Assembly (NCBI RefSeq): GCF_001194135.2
Contig: NC_068998.1
Location: 33,144,978 to 33,199,540, forward strand
Source of the DNA: Octopus bimaculoides
Lineage: Eukaryota
Direction: 5' to 3'
DNA length: 54,563 nucleotides
Within the stretch, counting starts at the first letter, position 1. Each line of letters starts with the position of its first letter. Position numbers and translations under genes: made by a program. Under the pieces are notes generated by a model that had not been told where the DNA came from, did no database searches, and saw nothing but the letters and a program-made list of their open reading frames with translations. Below are positions 25,613-38,860 of the stretch, piece by piece.

Positions 25613-27384
25613 ATCATAACATCGAAAAATACCTTAGGAATGAGAACCCAGGTTCAAAATTTCCCCAAGACACCTGATGAAGGCTGGAGGGTATAACAAC
25701 AAACAAGATGAGGACAAATATACGTCAAATGTAAATAATGTAATAATGTAAATAATACTTCATCTCTTAAATATAGAACTGAATTCTGTAAGGAATATGA
25801 CACAAATCAATGGCGGATAGTGAAAATAATATACTTGTCCACTGTAAGATGATATTGATGTCAGTGAAGGTTTTATTTTCCTAACCAGAGAACATGTAAG
25901 AAGTAACGCAAAATAACAAATGATTTGTAAGTGTTATTTTTAGGATTGAAACTACTTGTAACAGTAAACTGTATTTTCTTGTAGTATTTACTGTGAATCA
26001 CATACACACACACACACACACACACGCACACTCCCCCTCCCAAAAACAAATATTCCTGAGAAATTTTCCACTCTGGAAATTTGTTGTGTCCATTTTGAAA
26101 TAGTTTATCCTCTTGCTGACTGACCAAATTCTTAGGTTTCATGCTTTCTGAGATTGACTTGTCTGATATTATTATGGTTTCGGCAAATAAGGACAGTGAA
26201 GTGGCAGAGCTCTTAGAGCAGAGGATGAAATATTTTTCACTTTATAGATTCATCTCCTTTACATTCTAAACTCAAATATTACTGAGTGCCATTTCTATTT
26301 CATTCCCTCTTGTGTTGGAAGACTAGGTACCAATCATGAACTGGTTTGTTTTTGTTGAATATATATCCTTCCATCTGATGATGTTAGTCCATTTGCTTTA
26401 AGTTGTATAGTATTAAAAATGAAATAAATACCTTAAATCCTATTTTTTTTTTAAAGGTTTTTCTTGAATCTGGTATCATTTGGTTGTTTTGTCTTCATAT
26501 TTCCAACAAATATCACATTACCTGCTGAATTATGAATGCCAAATTAGATTTACTTGTTTGAGATGTTGCATTATAATTCTTATGAAAAAAGGAAAATTTT
26601 TGTGACTTCTAACTGCCAAAGTCTTCATCCATTTTAACACACTTCTTTACTGCAGGGTTTTATATTTTGCAACTCAATTCTCTCATTTGTTTCTCTGTAG
26701 ATAGTTGGAGCAAATACCTAAATTACATTTAAAGATATAAAGAGTAGTGAGAACATTTTCATGAATAAACATTGAAATGCCAAGTGAGTTGGTATTTTAT
26801 AAGTGAAGGAAATCTTGAAACTGGAGAGTAGCTGTGAAAGCAACTTAGAGGATCTATTAAAATACCCTTGACTTCAAATAACTTCCTGCTTGACTTCCTT
26901 CACATCATTAGTACTTAAATCACTGCATGTCATTTTAAAAATAAAAGCCATATAACATGTATCTACCCTGTTTCCAGTTGTGTCTCATAAAAATGAGATT
27001 TATATTCTGTAAAATACAAAATATTTCCAATACAATAATTGCTTCTAAAAATTAATTTTCAATAAGCCTGCTGGCTATTTACTATATGAGTGTTTGAAAA
27101 GATGCTGATATTCAATATATTGTTGCAGTGAGATTTGACTGGCATACAGTGACATGACACTTCCCACTAGTGATTTCCAGTAGAACAAAATTATGTGATA
27201 CGGCACCCATGACAGACAATTCTCTTCAGCTATGATCTATGAGTGTGTTAATATACACCGAATGGTTATATGAGAAGATTACTCAAAGGTAATAACATGG
27301 TAGTCAGTGTTCTAACAAGACATCCATATTCAACTGACCACGAAGATTACCTTTTAGTAGGAATACTGTTTCCGTCTCTGATAA

Positions 27385-27600
27385 TTAATTGCTTCTAATT
27401 TAGGTACAAAGCCAGCAATTTGAAGGAAGGAGTGTTAATCAAGTACATTAGTTTCAGTACTTGACTGATAAATTATTTTAGAGGCCATGAAAAGATAAAA
27501 AACAAAGTTGACTTTGGTAGAATTTGAACACAGAATGTAAAAAGCTGGAAGAAATATCACAAGGCATTTATTCTGGTGTTCTAATGATTCTGACAGCTAT
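27385..27600 (-). mobile_element. SINE family 3 (related decayed copies near 26190-26345(+), 24130-24290(-))
   Basis: aaagttgactttggtagaatttgaacacagaatgtaaa...tctaatgattctgacagct is the reverse complement of a tRNA-like head with B box ttctgtgttcaaattc. Confidence 0.55.
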
Positions 27601-27971
27601 TATACTAAAAACTCAATTGGTCTCATTGCAAAAGTATACATGCTACTGCAAAACTAAAGACAGTTTTGAAATCAGCATAAAAGATGCTTACTGGTCAATT
27701 TGTTGACAAGTGTTGTCAGTAAAAGTTAAAAGTTGTTTGATGTCATCTCTGAATTGTCATTGGAATACTAAATGGTCCTCTGTTGCACATTTCCTCATAT
27801 GTATAAAAACAGTTATCTAAATGTCAAAAGAAACAAAAAAAATAATATGTTGCACTTCACATTGACAATGATGGAAAAGGAATTAACATGTTTTGGCATG
27901 TGTGTGAACTTTGTATATGTATATGTAAGATACATTTTCATCTAAAAAAGGCTTTAAGAAATTGTATATAG

Positions 27972-28012
<41 letters not shown>

Positions 28013-28619
28013 NNNNNNNNNNATATATTGAGAGAGAGAGAGAGAAAGAGAGAGAGAAGGAGAGAGAAAGAGAGAGAGAGAAGGAGAGAGAAAGACACAC
28101 ACACATGCACACATATATTTTTATAATAAATTAAGTACAAAAACAAACAATCACAACAAAAGTCTTAGGCTGCTCAATGAAGGTAAATATTTATAGAGTA
28201 AAAGTATAACATTTTGAAATATGTGGTAGTTACTTGCAGTAAGGCAGTGACTGGATGGTCAGATAAGTGCAGAGATGATGATAGTCTGATAGAGATTGAA
28301 TTTCAGGGTTGGAAAGAAATCAAGAGTGTTGAAGAGTCTATGTATCACTTCTCCTGTGTAGGGGATAAAACTAACTTACTTTAGAAAGTTGAAGACCGCA
28401 AGATATATTTCTCTGCCAGTAGCATCAGTATGAGATGAATAAGAGAGTCCTTAGGGTGAGGGTGGGGGGAACTGAACTAGGATAAGTGAAAAGAGATCAG
28501 TGGCAGGGAGAGTGAAACCTGCTTACAAGCAGGTATCACATTTCAGAGTGAAGTTTAAAATGACCAATAAGATAGTGGGTGAGAAATTTGCATCTTGAGG
28601 AGGAATAGGATTTATTTTA

Positions 28620-29215
28620 TTTTGTTATGACTGGGTTCCAATCCAGGCTGCAGCAACAAAGTCTACCCACCACACTTCTCAATCCATCATCACTACCTCG
28701 ATGTCCGGGATACAGTCCAGGTCAGTGTCTGCAATCAAGTTGTTGATGTAAGTGATGATGTCTTCCTCTTCTGATGTCACCATGAAGTGGGTTCCTGAAG
28801 ACTAATTTGGATGCTTCTAGTTCAGGGTGCTACACACAGTGATCAGATTGTCACAACTGTCTTTGCCTGACCTTCTAGCTAACTTTTGGCAGTCATATAT
28901 TGTTACCATTTCACATTTAGAGCCATTTGTAACATCCTTTGTAGCACCCATTTAGACCATTTGGTAATTTCTTTGTCAGTGTCCAAGTTTCACTGCCACA
29001 TAATAAACACTGATTTGACAGTTGCAATGAACAGCTTGATTTTGGTCATTGCTTGTGCCATTCTGATCTTGATGTCTACTTTTGAACTGTTCACCCAACC
29101 ACCTAATTGCATGTAGTCTGCAGTAACATTCAATTTGGAACCGCTCAAAGCAAACAGTTCAGTATCACTTGATTGGTTGAATGACATGTATTCTGTTATC
29201 TTGACATTTGTGTGC
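28620..29215 (-). mobile_element. RTEX/RTE-like LINE, RT C-terminal fragment
   Basis: YMQLGGWVNSSKVDIKIRMAQA...KLFIATVKSVFIMW resembles Y.YLGSWINS.EKDIKIR.A.AW...F.ATVESVLLYG. Confidence 0.7.
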
Positions 29216-30999
29216 AGTCCTATTTTATCAGTGAATGTTTCTACTCTGCTGAGCAGTTGTTGATTTCAGTTATGTATGTTACTAAGGAGAAATGAGTTGG
29301 ATATTGATTGAGCTTGGTGTAAATAGTCAAAAATTGTAAAGGAATAAATATAAAATTGCTGTAATACTACTAGTGAAATATCTGTGTGGCACAGTGGTAA
29401 AAGTCAATATTCTTGACTCTGGTACTAATAAAAAGTGCATACAAGTTCCTGGTTTAGAAGTAGCCAGATTCTTTTTGGAGAACTTTTAAAATATTTATCT
29501 TCTAGAATTTATTCTGTTTTGTCACAAGTGTGTAATTTTAGAAAGTGAGACATTTATGCGGAAAATGTCAAAATTTAGTCTTCTAAGTATTCACAGAGTA
29601 GGGTATTTTGCAAGACAGAAATGGAGTAAAGTTAACTTGAAATTGTGCCAGTGAGGCTTTTGATTTTCTTTTTTTATGATTTAGTTTACCTCTATTATAA
29701 AAGTTTTGGTAAATGACTACTTTGATGAAGTAAAATATCAATGGCAGTATTTTCCTGTTTGATTGACTTTTGTTTTTCCTATAAATCAAATACAATCACT
29801 AGAACTGAAGGAGATTAATGCTGCTTCTCCTTGAATATAATGTAAAACTAGTTATTTAAAAAAGAATCTTATCTGCATCTTTTGAAAGTATCTTTTGTTG
29901 TAAAATATTCATTTTGCCATGCTCTATCTAATCAGGGCTGAATATAATACATCACTTTGAAAGAAGAATGGTTCCTGCTGGAGGTAACAAGAGAACATTG
30001 CAAACGGCAAGGTCACATGTGATCAATTTTGGCTTTTCATCTTTTATCCTGGTTAACATGTGACATATGTTCCCTGGCAGGGTTAGAGGTGGTATGAAAA
30101 ACAAATATTGAGAAAGCAATATAACAAAAGCAAGTAAAACTGTTTATTGGAAAGAAAGCATTGTTGTACAAATTAGATTTATCAAACTATATATCAATTA
30201 CCTGACCAAACTTTCTAAGTTTCAATTCTTTTGTTATTTTGTATTACTCTCCTTGGCAGAGTTCCAGCCAACAACTTTTGTTTTATACTAATAAACTAAA
30301 ACTTAGCATTTCAAATTCTGACAAAAAACAGTTGATTATTAGGTAGTCTATTTAATCTATTAGCCTATTTAGCCTCCTTCCATTGATGAATAAATAGTTG
30401 GAGATATGACAAATAGTTAAAGATATATAACAAAATTATATAGAATCAGAGTCAACTCTCTTTGTAGAAGGGGAGGCATACTATTGTAGTGGGGTGGGGT
30501 CTATACAGCTTAATCAACTCAAAGAAATGAAGTTAAAGGTTATAGAAATAAATTTTAAACTCAGAAGAATGATACTAAATAGTTTAATGCATCTAGTTTC
30601 ATACTCTATAAGCTATCTTCAGTGTTCTAAACTCGTTAATTATAAACTTTAGAAAATTTAACATTGACTGATTATTACATAACAAAGGACACCACGTTAA
30701 TCATAAGAAGAAAGACATCACCCACACGCAAACTAAATATGGTATCCAAAATTCAATTAATTTGTTACCATATTCATTATGATAATAACCTACAAATCTC
30801 TCAAGGCTAAACTTAAAATGTGAACAAAATTGCCTCTTTTGAGTCAGATCTAAAATTTTGTCCTTGAATTAACTTAAGTCCTTAAATTAACTAGACTGAT
30901 TCTGTTTTTATGCTTTAAGTAAGAAGAAATATTAGCTGAGAAATTGATGGTTCATATTCTGTGACTGAGGAAAATAACTGTCAGTGGGTGGTATTTTCA

Positions 31000-31450
31000 C
31001 CATAATTAGGAAAGATGCTGCAGAATTCTCAACCAGTTCACAAAGTTGCAGAACTCCATTCATTTCCTAAAATAAGAAAACTACATTTAGTAGACTTGTG
31101 TCCTACCCAGAGAAAGTCTCATCTCTCATCAACTTTACACTAGAAACACCAGAGACATGCATCAGTCTAACAAATAAAATGAATCAGAGAATGGATATTG
31201 CTATTCCCTTGAGAAAGATATGAAAACCATGCAATCTCATTTCTCACCCAGCATAAAACTGAAGAATTGTAACTATCGATGAAAAATATATTTAACACAA
31301 GTGATGAATGGTTATGGGAAAAGAGAAATGTTGAAATCATGCAATGGCAATAGCCAGTTGGAAGACTCATTTCCCAGTAGACTTCAAAAACAAAAGCTTT
31401 TATCTCTTTCACTTGCATAAAACACTATTTTCTAAGCTTGAAATAATTTA
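31000..31450 (+). mobile_element. Penelope-like RT fragment, decayed
   Basis: ELHSFPKIRK...CPT / EKVSSLINFTL / VMGK follow the PLE RT order F..LPKIHK...CPTEKIS..VD..L...AMG. Confidence 0.45.
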
Positions 31451-32287
31451 ATTTTTCCAATGGCTAACACTATAATACCAAATCTGACAATGGTTGACTA
31501 AACACTTTTGGCAGATTATATAAATATTTCATTTTCTCTAAATTTCAACATTATTACAGTAGTCATCTCTAACATTAAAGGCACAAAACATTTTGGAATA
31601 TGAAACTCTAATGGATAGCAATATAGAGATGTCACCAGAAAAGTAAAAATTTCATCCATACAAAACAGAAATACAAGGTGAAAAAAAATAAATAGAAACA
31701 TTATATAAGCCAACAAATAGAAAAAAATATGATAATCAGAAAACATATATGCATGTACATGAAATGCTTACAACAGAATGGAATCTGAAAGGTGCTCAAA
31801 GTCCAAATGGAAGGCTGAAATAAGACAAGCAACTGGTAAAGTCACACACACATAGACAGATGTAGTTCAATTGAAGAATCTCTCCAGTTTCACTCACAAC
31901 ATTTCGGTTAATCTGAGGCTAGTAAGACATTTACCGAAGATGACATATAGTGGGATTGAACTGTGGAGCTCATGATTGCAAAGTGAACGTCTTAATCATT
32001 CAGCTCTGTTATGTCTAAACATACTAATGCATTCATTTATACAGACAGATGTATTCGTATATCATTATTACACCTATTCATATTGTTAGCTAGGTAGGCA
32101 TTAATTAATTAATCAATCGAGTAATTAATTAATTAATTAGTGTTTCCATTATCTGTTCTTTAGGCTGCAAGCAGTCATAATGTACAAAGAGATAATTCTC
32201 TTTATCACAACAACCAAAGCGGATTTGTTTTTTTGTTATATTGAAGTGTAATGAAATATATATGATAATACTATCAGGAAGATAGAG

Positions 32288-32348
<61 letters not shown>

Positions 32349-32667
32349 CACACACATGCATGTGTGTGTATCATCATCATTGTCATCATCCTCATTTAAC
32401 ATCCACCCTTCTATGCTTGCATGAGTCAGACAGAAATTGTTGAAGCAGATTTTCTATGGCCAGATACCCTTCCTGTACCAACTTTCACCTATTCCTAAGT
32501 AAGGTAATCTTTCCCTATGACCAAACATATTCTCACAGAAGATTGCGAATAAAGGCTATCACTTGCATGATAATGACACACAATTTAGAACTATCATGTG
32601 AAGTCAAGACAAGAAGACAATAAAACCACACACATACATACATATATAGGCATACACACATACATTT

Positions 32668-32698
<31 letters not shown>

Positions 32699-32709
32699 TA
32701 TATATACAA

Positions 32710-32860
32710 TGGGCTTCTTTCAGTTTCCATCTGCCAAATCCATTTGCAAGGTTTTGGTTGGCTCAAGGCTATAGTGGAAAACACTTGCCCAATGTGCCAC
32801 ACAGTAGGACTGAACCTGAAATAATATGGATGGAAAGAAAGTGTCTTACCACATTACCAC
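32710..32860 (-). mobile_element. SINE family 1, 5' half
   Basis: cttctttcagtttccatctgccaaatcc...aacacttgcccaatgtgccacacagtaggactgaacc is the reverse complement of the family head. Confidence 0.8.
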
Positions 32861-32882
32861 ACAAATACACATGCTAGCATGT

Positions 32883-32940
<58 letters not shown>

Positions 32941-33329
32941 ACACAGAGACTTACACACATACATAAGTAATTTAAAAATCAACAAGTCAGAAAAAAAAAC
33001 AAATGCTCATATAGATTACGTCATATGTAAACAAACTTAATTTTGTTTTTGAAGAATTGAACTGTATTGTAGAACAAGGCTGGTTGCCGGTGAATTTTTC
33101 TGCTCTGGAAAGGATTTTATCCTTTATATATACTGTTCAGTGTTTAGGTGTTGGAAAAAAATTTATCTTTCTACTTGTTCTGAAGTACTCATATGTTTGT
33201 CAATAGCATAAGTATATTAATATTTATTCAATACACTATTATTGTTCTTCAGATATTCATGAGATTGACAATATCTCTTGATAATGTTTCTTTCTTTGCT
33301 GCCTTTTTCTGTTAGATGTAGTTTTCTTA

Positions 33330-33620
33330 GCTGTGTTTTATTTTTATTGTCTCAGTTATAACCTCAGTATTGTTACTGTCTATCTTGTCCCAATGTATAT
33401 CAAATCTATTTTTCAAGGCTAACTGGAATTCTGAGACTTTTGGTATGATGTCTTCCATACAAATTCTCTGTGATTTCTTTACTTTCTGGTTCCTTTCTTT
33501 AGTTGTATTTATTTGTATTTTGCATTTGGCAAGTCTATGGTCACTTCCAATGTTCACTTTGTTGAGAGCCACCACCTGAACAACATTTGGGTTGCTTGAT
33601 ACTATGTGATTAATTTCATT
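33330..33620 (-). mobile_element. RTE-clade LINE endonuclease C-terminal fragment
   Basis: VVQVVALNKVNIGSDHRLAKCKIQIN...LALKNRFD carries the GSDHR motif of AP endonucleases. Confidence 0.75.
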
Positions 33621-33739
33621 TCCCATTCTATGCTGAAGATTAACAAAATGGACAAGTGAAGAAGCAACAGATTGAATGGATATTATGTGGAACATAAAAA
33701 CTCTGAAATAGTCTTTCGTAGGATATGTGTTTAGAAGAA

Positions 33740-33910
33740 AGGAAAATAGATGAGATACCAAATTAACAGAGTGGACACTATGTTCAGAAAAAAGGAGGGG
33801 AAGACCAAGCAGAAGCTGGAATGAAGACTTTGTGAAATTCTTTGGTACCCAAACATGGATGTCGGTGGAGAGAATAAACTGAAGCCTTCATTTGAACATG
33901 GGAAAGGATG
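33740..33910 (+). mobile_element. RTE-clade LINE extreme 3' fragment
   Basis: WTLCSEKRR.GRP.RSWNEDFVKFFG...EAFI resembles the RTE C-terminus. Confidence 0.55.
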
Positions 33911-34169
33911 ACGACACTGTTGCAGGTTCAGTTCAGCTGATTTGCCAATCAGTTTCACAAACAAAAGTTAAAGATCCTGGTGTGTAGTGGAAAGGAGCTG
34001 GTATGAAGAGTATGGTGATGTAGGGAGAGCTGTTGCTGCATATTTCATATCAGCCCTTCTTATAAGTGATAGGATTTTAAGGGCTTTCTCCTAACCCTGA
34101 TGTGTAAAACTGATTTGTAAATCAGCAGAAATGGATCTATAATACTGTACTGAATAAATATTAATACAT

Positions 34170-34224
<55 letters not shown>

Positions 34225-34859
34225 NNNNNNNNNNNNNNNNNNNNNNNNNNNNNNNNNNNNNNNNNNNNNNNNNNNNNNNNNNNNNNNNNNNNNNNNNNNN
34301 NNNNNNNNNNNNNNNNNNNNNNNNNNNNNNNNNNNNNNNNNNNNNNNNNNNNNNNNNNNNNNNNNNNNNNNNNNNNNNNNTATATATATATATATATATA
34401 TATCAGGGTAGGAAAAATCTCGGAAATTTTTACCACCAGTGGCTTAGCATGTAGAAAACTAGTCAATAGACTATATATTATTCATATAAATACAGTGTAC
34501 ATTTAAACACATAAGAGATGGCTATAATAGGACATCTAACAAGCTAGAAGGAGTAGTCAAAATCCAAACCATTATTAGGGATAATTTAAAAGGGGAATGA
34601 AAAATAAAAACATTTACCATCTAAAAGTTTCATACCTGCACACAAGTGGTGACTATGTTGTTTGCCAAATTTTACAAGCAATAACAACCCAACTCTGTGG
34701 TCAAAGATACTTGTCCAAAGTGCCATGCCATAGGATGAAACATTGGATAGTTTCTATCATCATCAGTATATAATGATAATATACTATATGGAGTAACTTT
34801 ACATTAAGGAGTGGAATGTACAATTTCCTGTAATTCACACTGCCTCATGGTCCCAGCAG

Positions 34860-35050
34860 ACAAAGGGGAAAAGGCATTGCCCTGTTATATAGTGAGGGAT
34901 ATGTACTGGAACAGCCACTCTGACTCATGGGGCTCACATTTGTAGACAACTATCTCTGCCCTGATAGAGGTGAGTAGGGACATGGTACAGGAGCCAAGAA
35001 TGCCAGATGTTTCTGCTGCTACAGCAAGTGATGATACTTCAACAGCTTTT
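34860..35050 (-). mobile_element. CRE-clade retrotransposon C-terminal fragment
   Basis: AAETSGILG...EWLFQYISLTI*QGNAF matches the CRE end motif VET.G..G...FLFQRLS.AIQRGNA. Confidence 0.6.
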
Positions 35051-37199
35051 CTCAACCTGATGAGTAGCAGAACCTGTGCTGCATCACATTATTGTAAAGC
35101 AAACTTCTTAACTACACAGCTATGCCTTTGTTTATATGAAGGAAAACATACACTTCTACATGTTAGAATTTTAGTCCATTATTTTAATCACTTCATTGAA
35201 GTAAGAAATGATTTACTTGAGATCTCTTGCACTATTTCATCTCACTTGAACATTTGAACTGAAATGTGAAATGAAAAGTGTATTAGTAATAATTGCTATA
35301 TTGGTACATGTCCTCAAATTTAGATGATAGAATCAATGCAATGTAGAATTTGGGAAGTTTTAAAATCTATGAACAAAAGCTTGATTCATGGACAAGGCAG
35401 TATATTGTGTCCCTGAGTAAGCCACATCATTTCATATAGCTCCATTTTATATAACCTCAGATTGCTGTTGTGTAGCTCCAAGTCTGAACTGACCAACCAA
35501 AACTGCAATTTTACTTAATGACCACACACTTTGTTATCCATTACCACCACAACCCACTGAAATACTACATGAACAATTTTTTTATTTTCTCAGTATCTTA
35601 ATTGCTGTCTTCCCTATTTCCCTATACTTGAAATATTCATAATGTTTCCTTTTCTGTATGACTCAGTTCTCTATTTTTCACTTTTTTCTGTTTTTGAAAA
35701 AAACATTTTATTTCTCTGGAGTACTTTTGTGAATGTAGATTTACAACTAGATTTTTCAATGTCTGGATTTCATATAAAGATTTCATTTAAAGATAAGATA
35801 TTTAGTTAGGTGAAACAATTCTAGTGCATAAGTGATATGTAATTTAATCAAACTTGGAAGATTGAAAGGTGAAGTTAACCATAGCAATATCTGAACTCAA
35901 GAAATATATCCAATACTTACAAGACATTTTTGCTTGACACTTTACATCTGTCAATTTGCCAACAGTATTCATTTTAGTCTCTTGACAAAACAATAAAAAT
36001 TCAAAAAGTTTTGTGATAATCATCTTTTCACTGATGTTTTAACAAGACACTTGTCTCACATCAACATCCTCACTTAGATATATGATGCTAGAAAATTTAT
36101 CAATCATCAAATATACAACAAAAAAAGTTGGTTAGAAATAGAATACAAACAACCAATTCTTATGTAAAGAAGGAATGAAAGAGTTAAAATTTTATAAAAT
36201 TATATATATAGACATAAATGAAATTTTATTATCAAAAATTCGTTATTTTGGTTGTTATTAAAACTACAACATCCAAAAATTTAGGCAAGAAAAAAATCTT
36301 CCACTTTCTTTTATTAAACTGATTAAATTTCATGTCAAATAGTAAAACTGGAGATTAGAGTTATAAATAATTAGGAAAGTAAAAATGAATTTCATTTCAA
36401 TAGAAATTAGTTTGGTGAGAAAATTGAATCTAGTCAGACTAGGTTTGTGTACCTAATTGATGTTATATTAATTTCACTTTTCTGTAGGAAGCAAAGTAAT
36501 TGTCTTGAAGCAGTAGCACCATTAGCTCTACGACCATTTTAAGAGAGGAAATTAAAAGGAAACAAATCTACTAAAACTCCTAAAATCAACAGCTGTCCCA
36601 TTATTTTTAATATTGTTCACAGCTTTGTTGGCTAATTTAATATAAAATTACTTTATAATGCCACATTATATAACAACAACTACAAGTGTTTTCCTGTTAA
36701 AGCAGAGGTTAAGCTGGCTGGACCCATGACAGTGTTCTCCATTTTCTCATATCTTCCACTTACTCTTTGTTTTCTCCTCCATTTTTAGTCATGCTTACTT
36801 GGACTTCCCTTCCTCAGTTTTACACCACATTCATTTCCATCATTCCTCTCAATATCATGCATCTTCAGCACATGACTCAGCTATTCCATCTAAGTTCACT
36901 TCATGACATCCATCACTGGCTCAATTCCCATCTTTCACTCTAATTCATTGTATTTCTTCCTCTTTATTACTAACATTCTACTTATTCACTTAATTGTTCT
37001 GTATTTTCTATCTTTCCTTGCTGCCCCGTGTTCATTATCTAATAAATTAATATACATGCATACATCCGTAAACATGAATAGTCATCTAAGAATCCATAAG
37101 GCAGAAAAAATTATATACTTATATATTAGTCAATAGAGTGGGTATTTTAATCAAAGAGTGCAGTATTATATATCCAATTTTACCAACCTGCTTTGCACT

Positions 37200-37790
37200 G
37201 GGTCATTCTGATTTTGCCATCTTGATTTTGTGAGCTCTTGCTGGAGGTTCAAGGTTATGAGATCATCTTCACTACTTCGTCCCATGTCTTCTTGAATCTT
37301 CCTCTTCCACAAGCAGTATCCACATTAATTGAGCTGTACTTTTTAATACAGCTGCCCTCATTCAGACTCGTCACATGATTATACCAATGCATCAGCATGC
37401 ATGCTATGTCAGATTCCTCTTGTACTCATTTATTCTCTCAACCCATTTGTACTTTGTCATTCATGCACACTTATATTGCACATTTAATGGAGCACATTAG
37501 CTTTATTTCTTTCCAATCTTCTCAACCCAAGCAGCATTGTAGATCTGATACAAGCACCATACAAAATGCCCTTCACTCTGAGGGAAAAAACCTTTGTTGC
37601 CAACAGTGTTAGTAGCAACCTGGACTTTTTCCAATCTTTTTTGCCCTGGCTACTATACTTTCAGAATAGTCCATCCTTCTGCTAATTACATCTCGGTATC
37701 AGAGCTATCAGCTACTTCTAATGACTCATCAGGGCATCTAAGAGAATACATTTCCAGTGTACTCAGAGTATGTCTGCTCCACTGCATTCT
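37200..37790 (-). mobile_element. RTE (BovB-like) LINE 3' fragment
   Basis: Antisense of RT C-terminus (..LMHWYNHVT..NEGSCIKK...GRGRFKKTWDEV..); same family at 48175-48360. Confidence 0.7.
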
Positions 37791-37969
37791 CTCTTAAACT
37801 GCCAGTGATTTCACTACAAATCTGAGTGTCCATAACTTAAATTTGGAACAGTATATCAAGTTTATAACTCCTTTTCTGTATAATGAGCAAGGCCATTTCC
37901 CTGAAGATACCAGGCTCCCATCTTCTTTCCTGTGTGTACATACATACATACATACATACATACACACTC

Positions 37970-38350
37970 CACCCAGACTACAAGTTCAGATTCATACCCG
38001 TGATTGTTGGGGCATTGGGATATGTAACGAACTGCCTCAACAAAAACCTGGAAAAATTAGGGTTCTCAAAACCTGAAAGAAAAAGGCTGATTAGAAGACT
38101 ACAGATTCAAGCCATCAATGGAACTGTAAAGATATGTAAAACTTTCCAAATATTTAGCACATAAATACATATGCATGCATCTAGACATGAAAATATATAC
38201 ATAAAAATGCATCCATAAAACAAACATACAAATCTGCGCATACACTAACACCAAATACTGCACGCACACACACATATGCAGAAATACCTAGATGATGTTG
38301 ATAAAAGTTCCAATGAAGGAGCCTTGAATCTATGTTAGAGTCCGGCTCTT
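37970..38350 (+). mobile_element. R4-like (RLE) LINE 3' end: ORF end and 3' UTR
   Basis: HPDYKFRFIPVIVGALGYVTNCLNKNLEKLGFSKPERKRLIRRLQIQAINGTVKICKTF, typical RLE C-terminus IP.V.GALG. Confidence 0.8.
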
Positions 38351-38860
38351 TTTCTATTGACAAGAAATACAGAAATGAAACTGATTGATAACATACATAC
38401 ATACATTCACAAGGCATATCATCATTATGTGAATCATTAGAAATTAGTATATCTGTGACAGAAAATCAGGAATTGAAAGTAGATGTTTATCCCTATTTTT
38501 GATTAAAAACAACTTCTGGGTGTTCTTAGATGATTGGAGCTGATTACACAATGCAATAATTGAAGTTCTACAGCACAACGGCTGCTGATTACTTTCCTAC
38601 CAAGAATAATGCTCATTTACTCTTTTACTTCTTTCAGTCATTTGACAGTGGGCATGCTGGAGAACTGCTCTGTGTGTGTGTGNNNNNNNNNNNNNNNNNN
38701 NNNNNNNNNNNNNNNNNNNNNNNNNNNNNNNNNNNNNNNNNNNNNNNNNNNNNNNNNNNNNNNNNNNNNNNNNNNNNNNNNNNNNNNNNNNNNNNNNNNN
38801 NNNNNNNNNNNNNNNNNNNNNNNNNNNTATATATATATATATATATGTGTATATATATAT

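Larger units (their letters stand above)
24752..25781 (-). mobile_element. 5'-truncated Penelope-like element with inverted pseudo-LTRs and 11-bp TSD
   Basis: TSD aattctgtaag at 24741-24751 and 25782-25792; inverted repeats 24755-25000 / 25508-25740; GIY-YIG remnant between them. Confidence 0.9.

Noticed and set aside
26701-26783. Acceptor/donor-bounded 83-nt segment (ctctgtag|...ccaa|gtgagt)
   Set aside because: Stops in all three frames; could be a 5' UTR exon but there is no further evidence.
38300-38350. Hammerhead-like spacing in the R4-like 3' UTR (ccaatgaag...gagcc...ggctc)
   Set aside because: Neither local copy has CUGANGA or GAAA; not supportable from this window.
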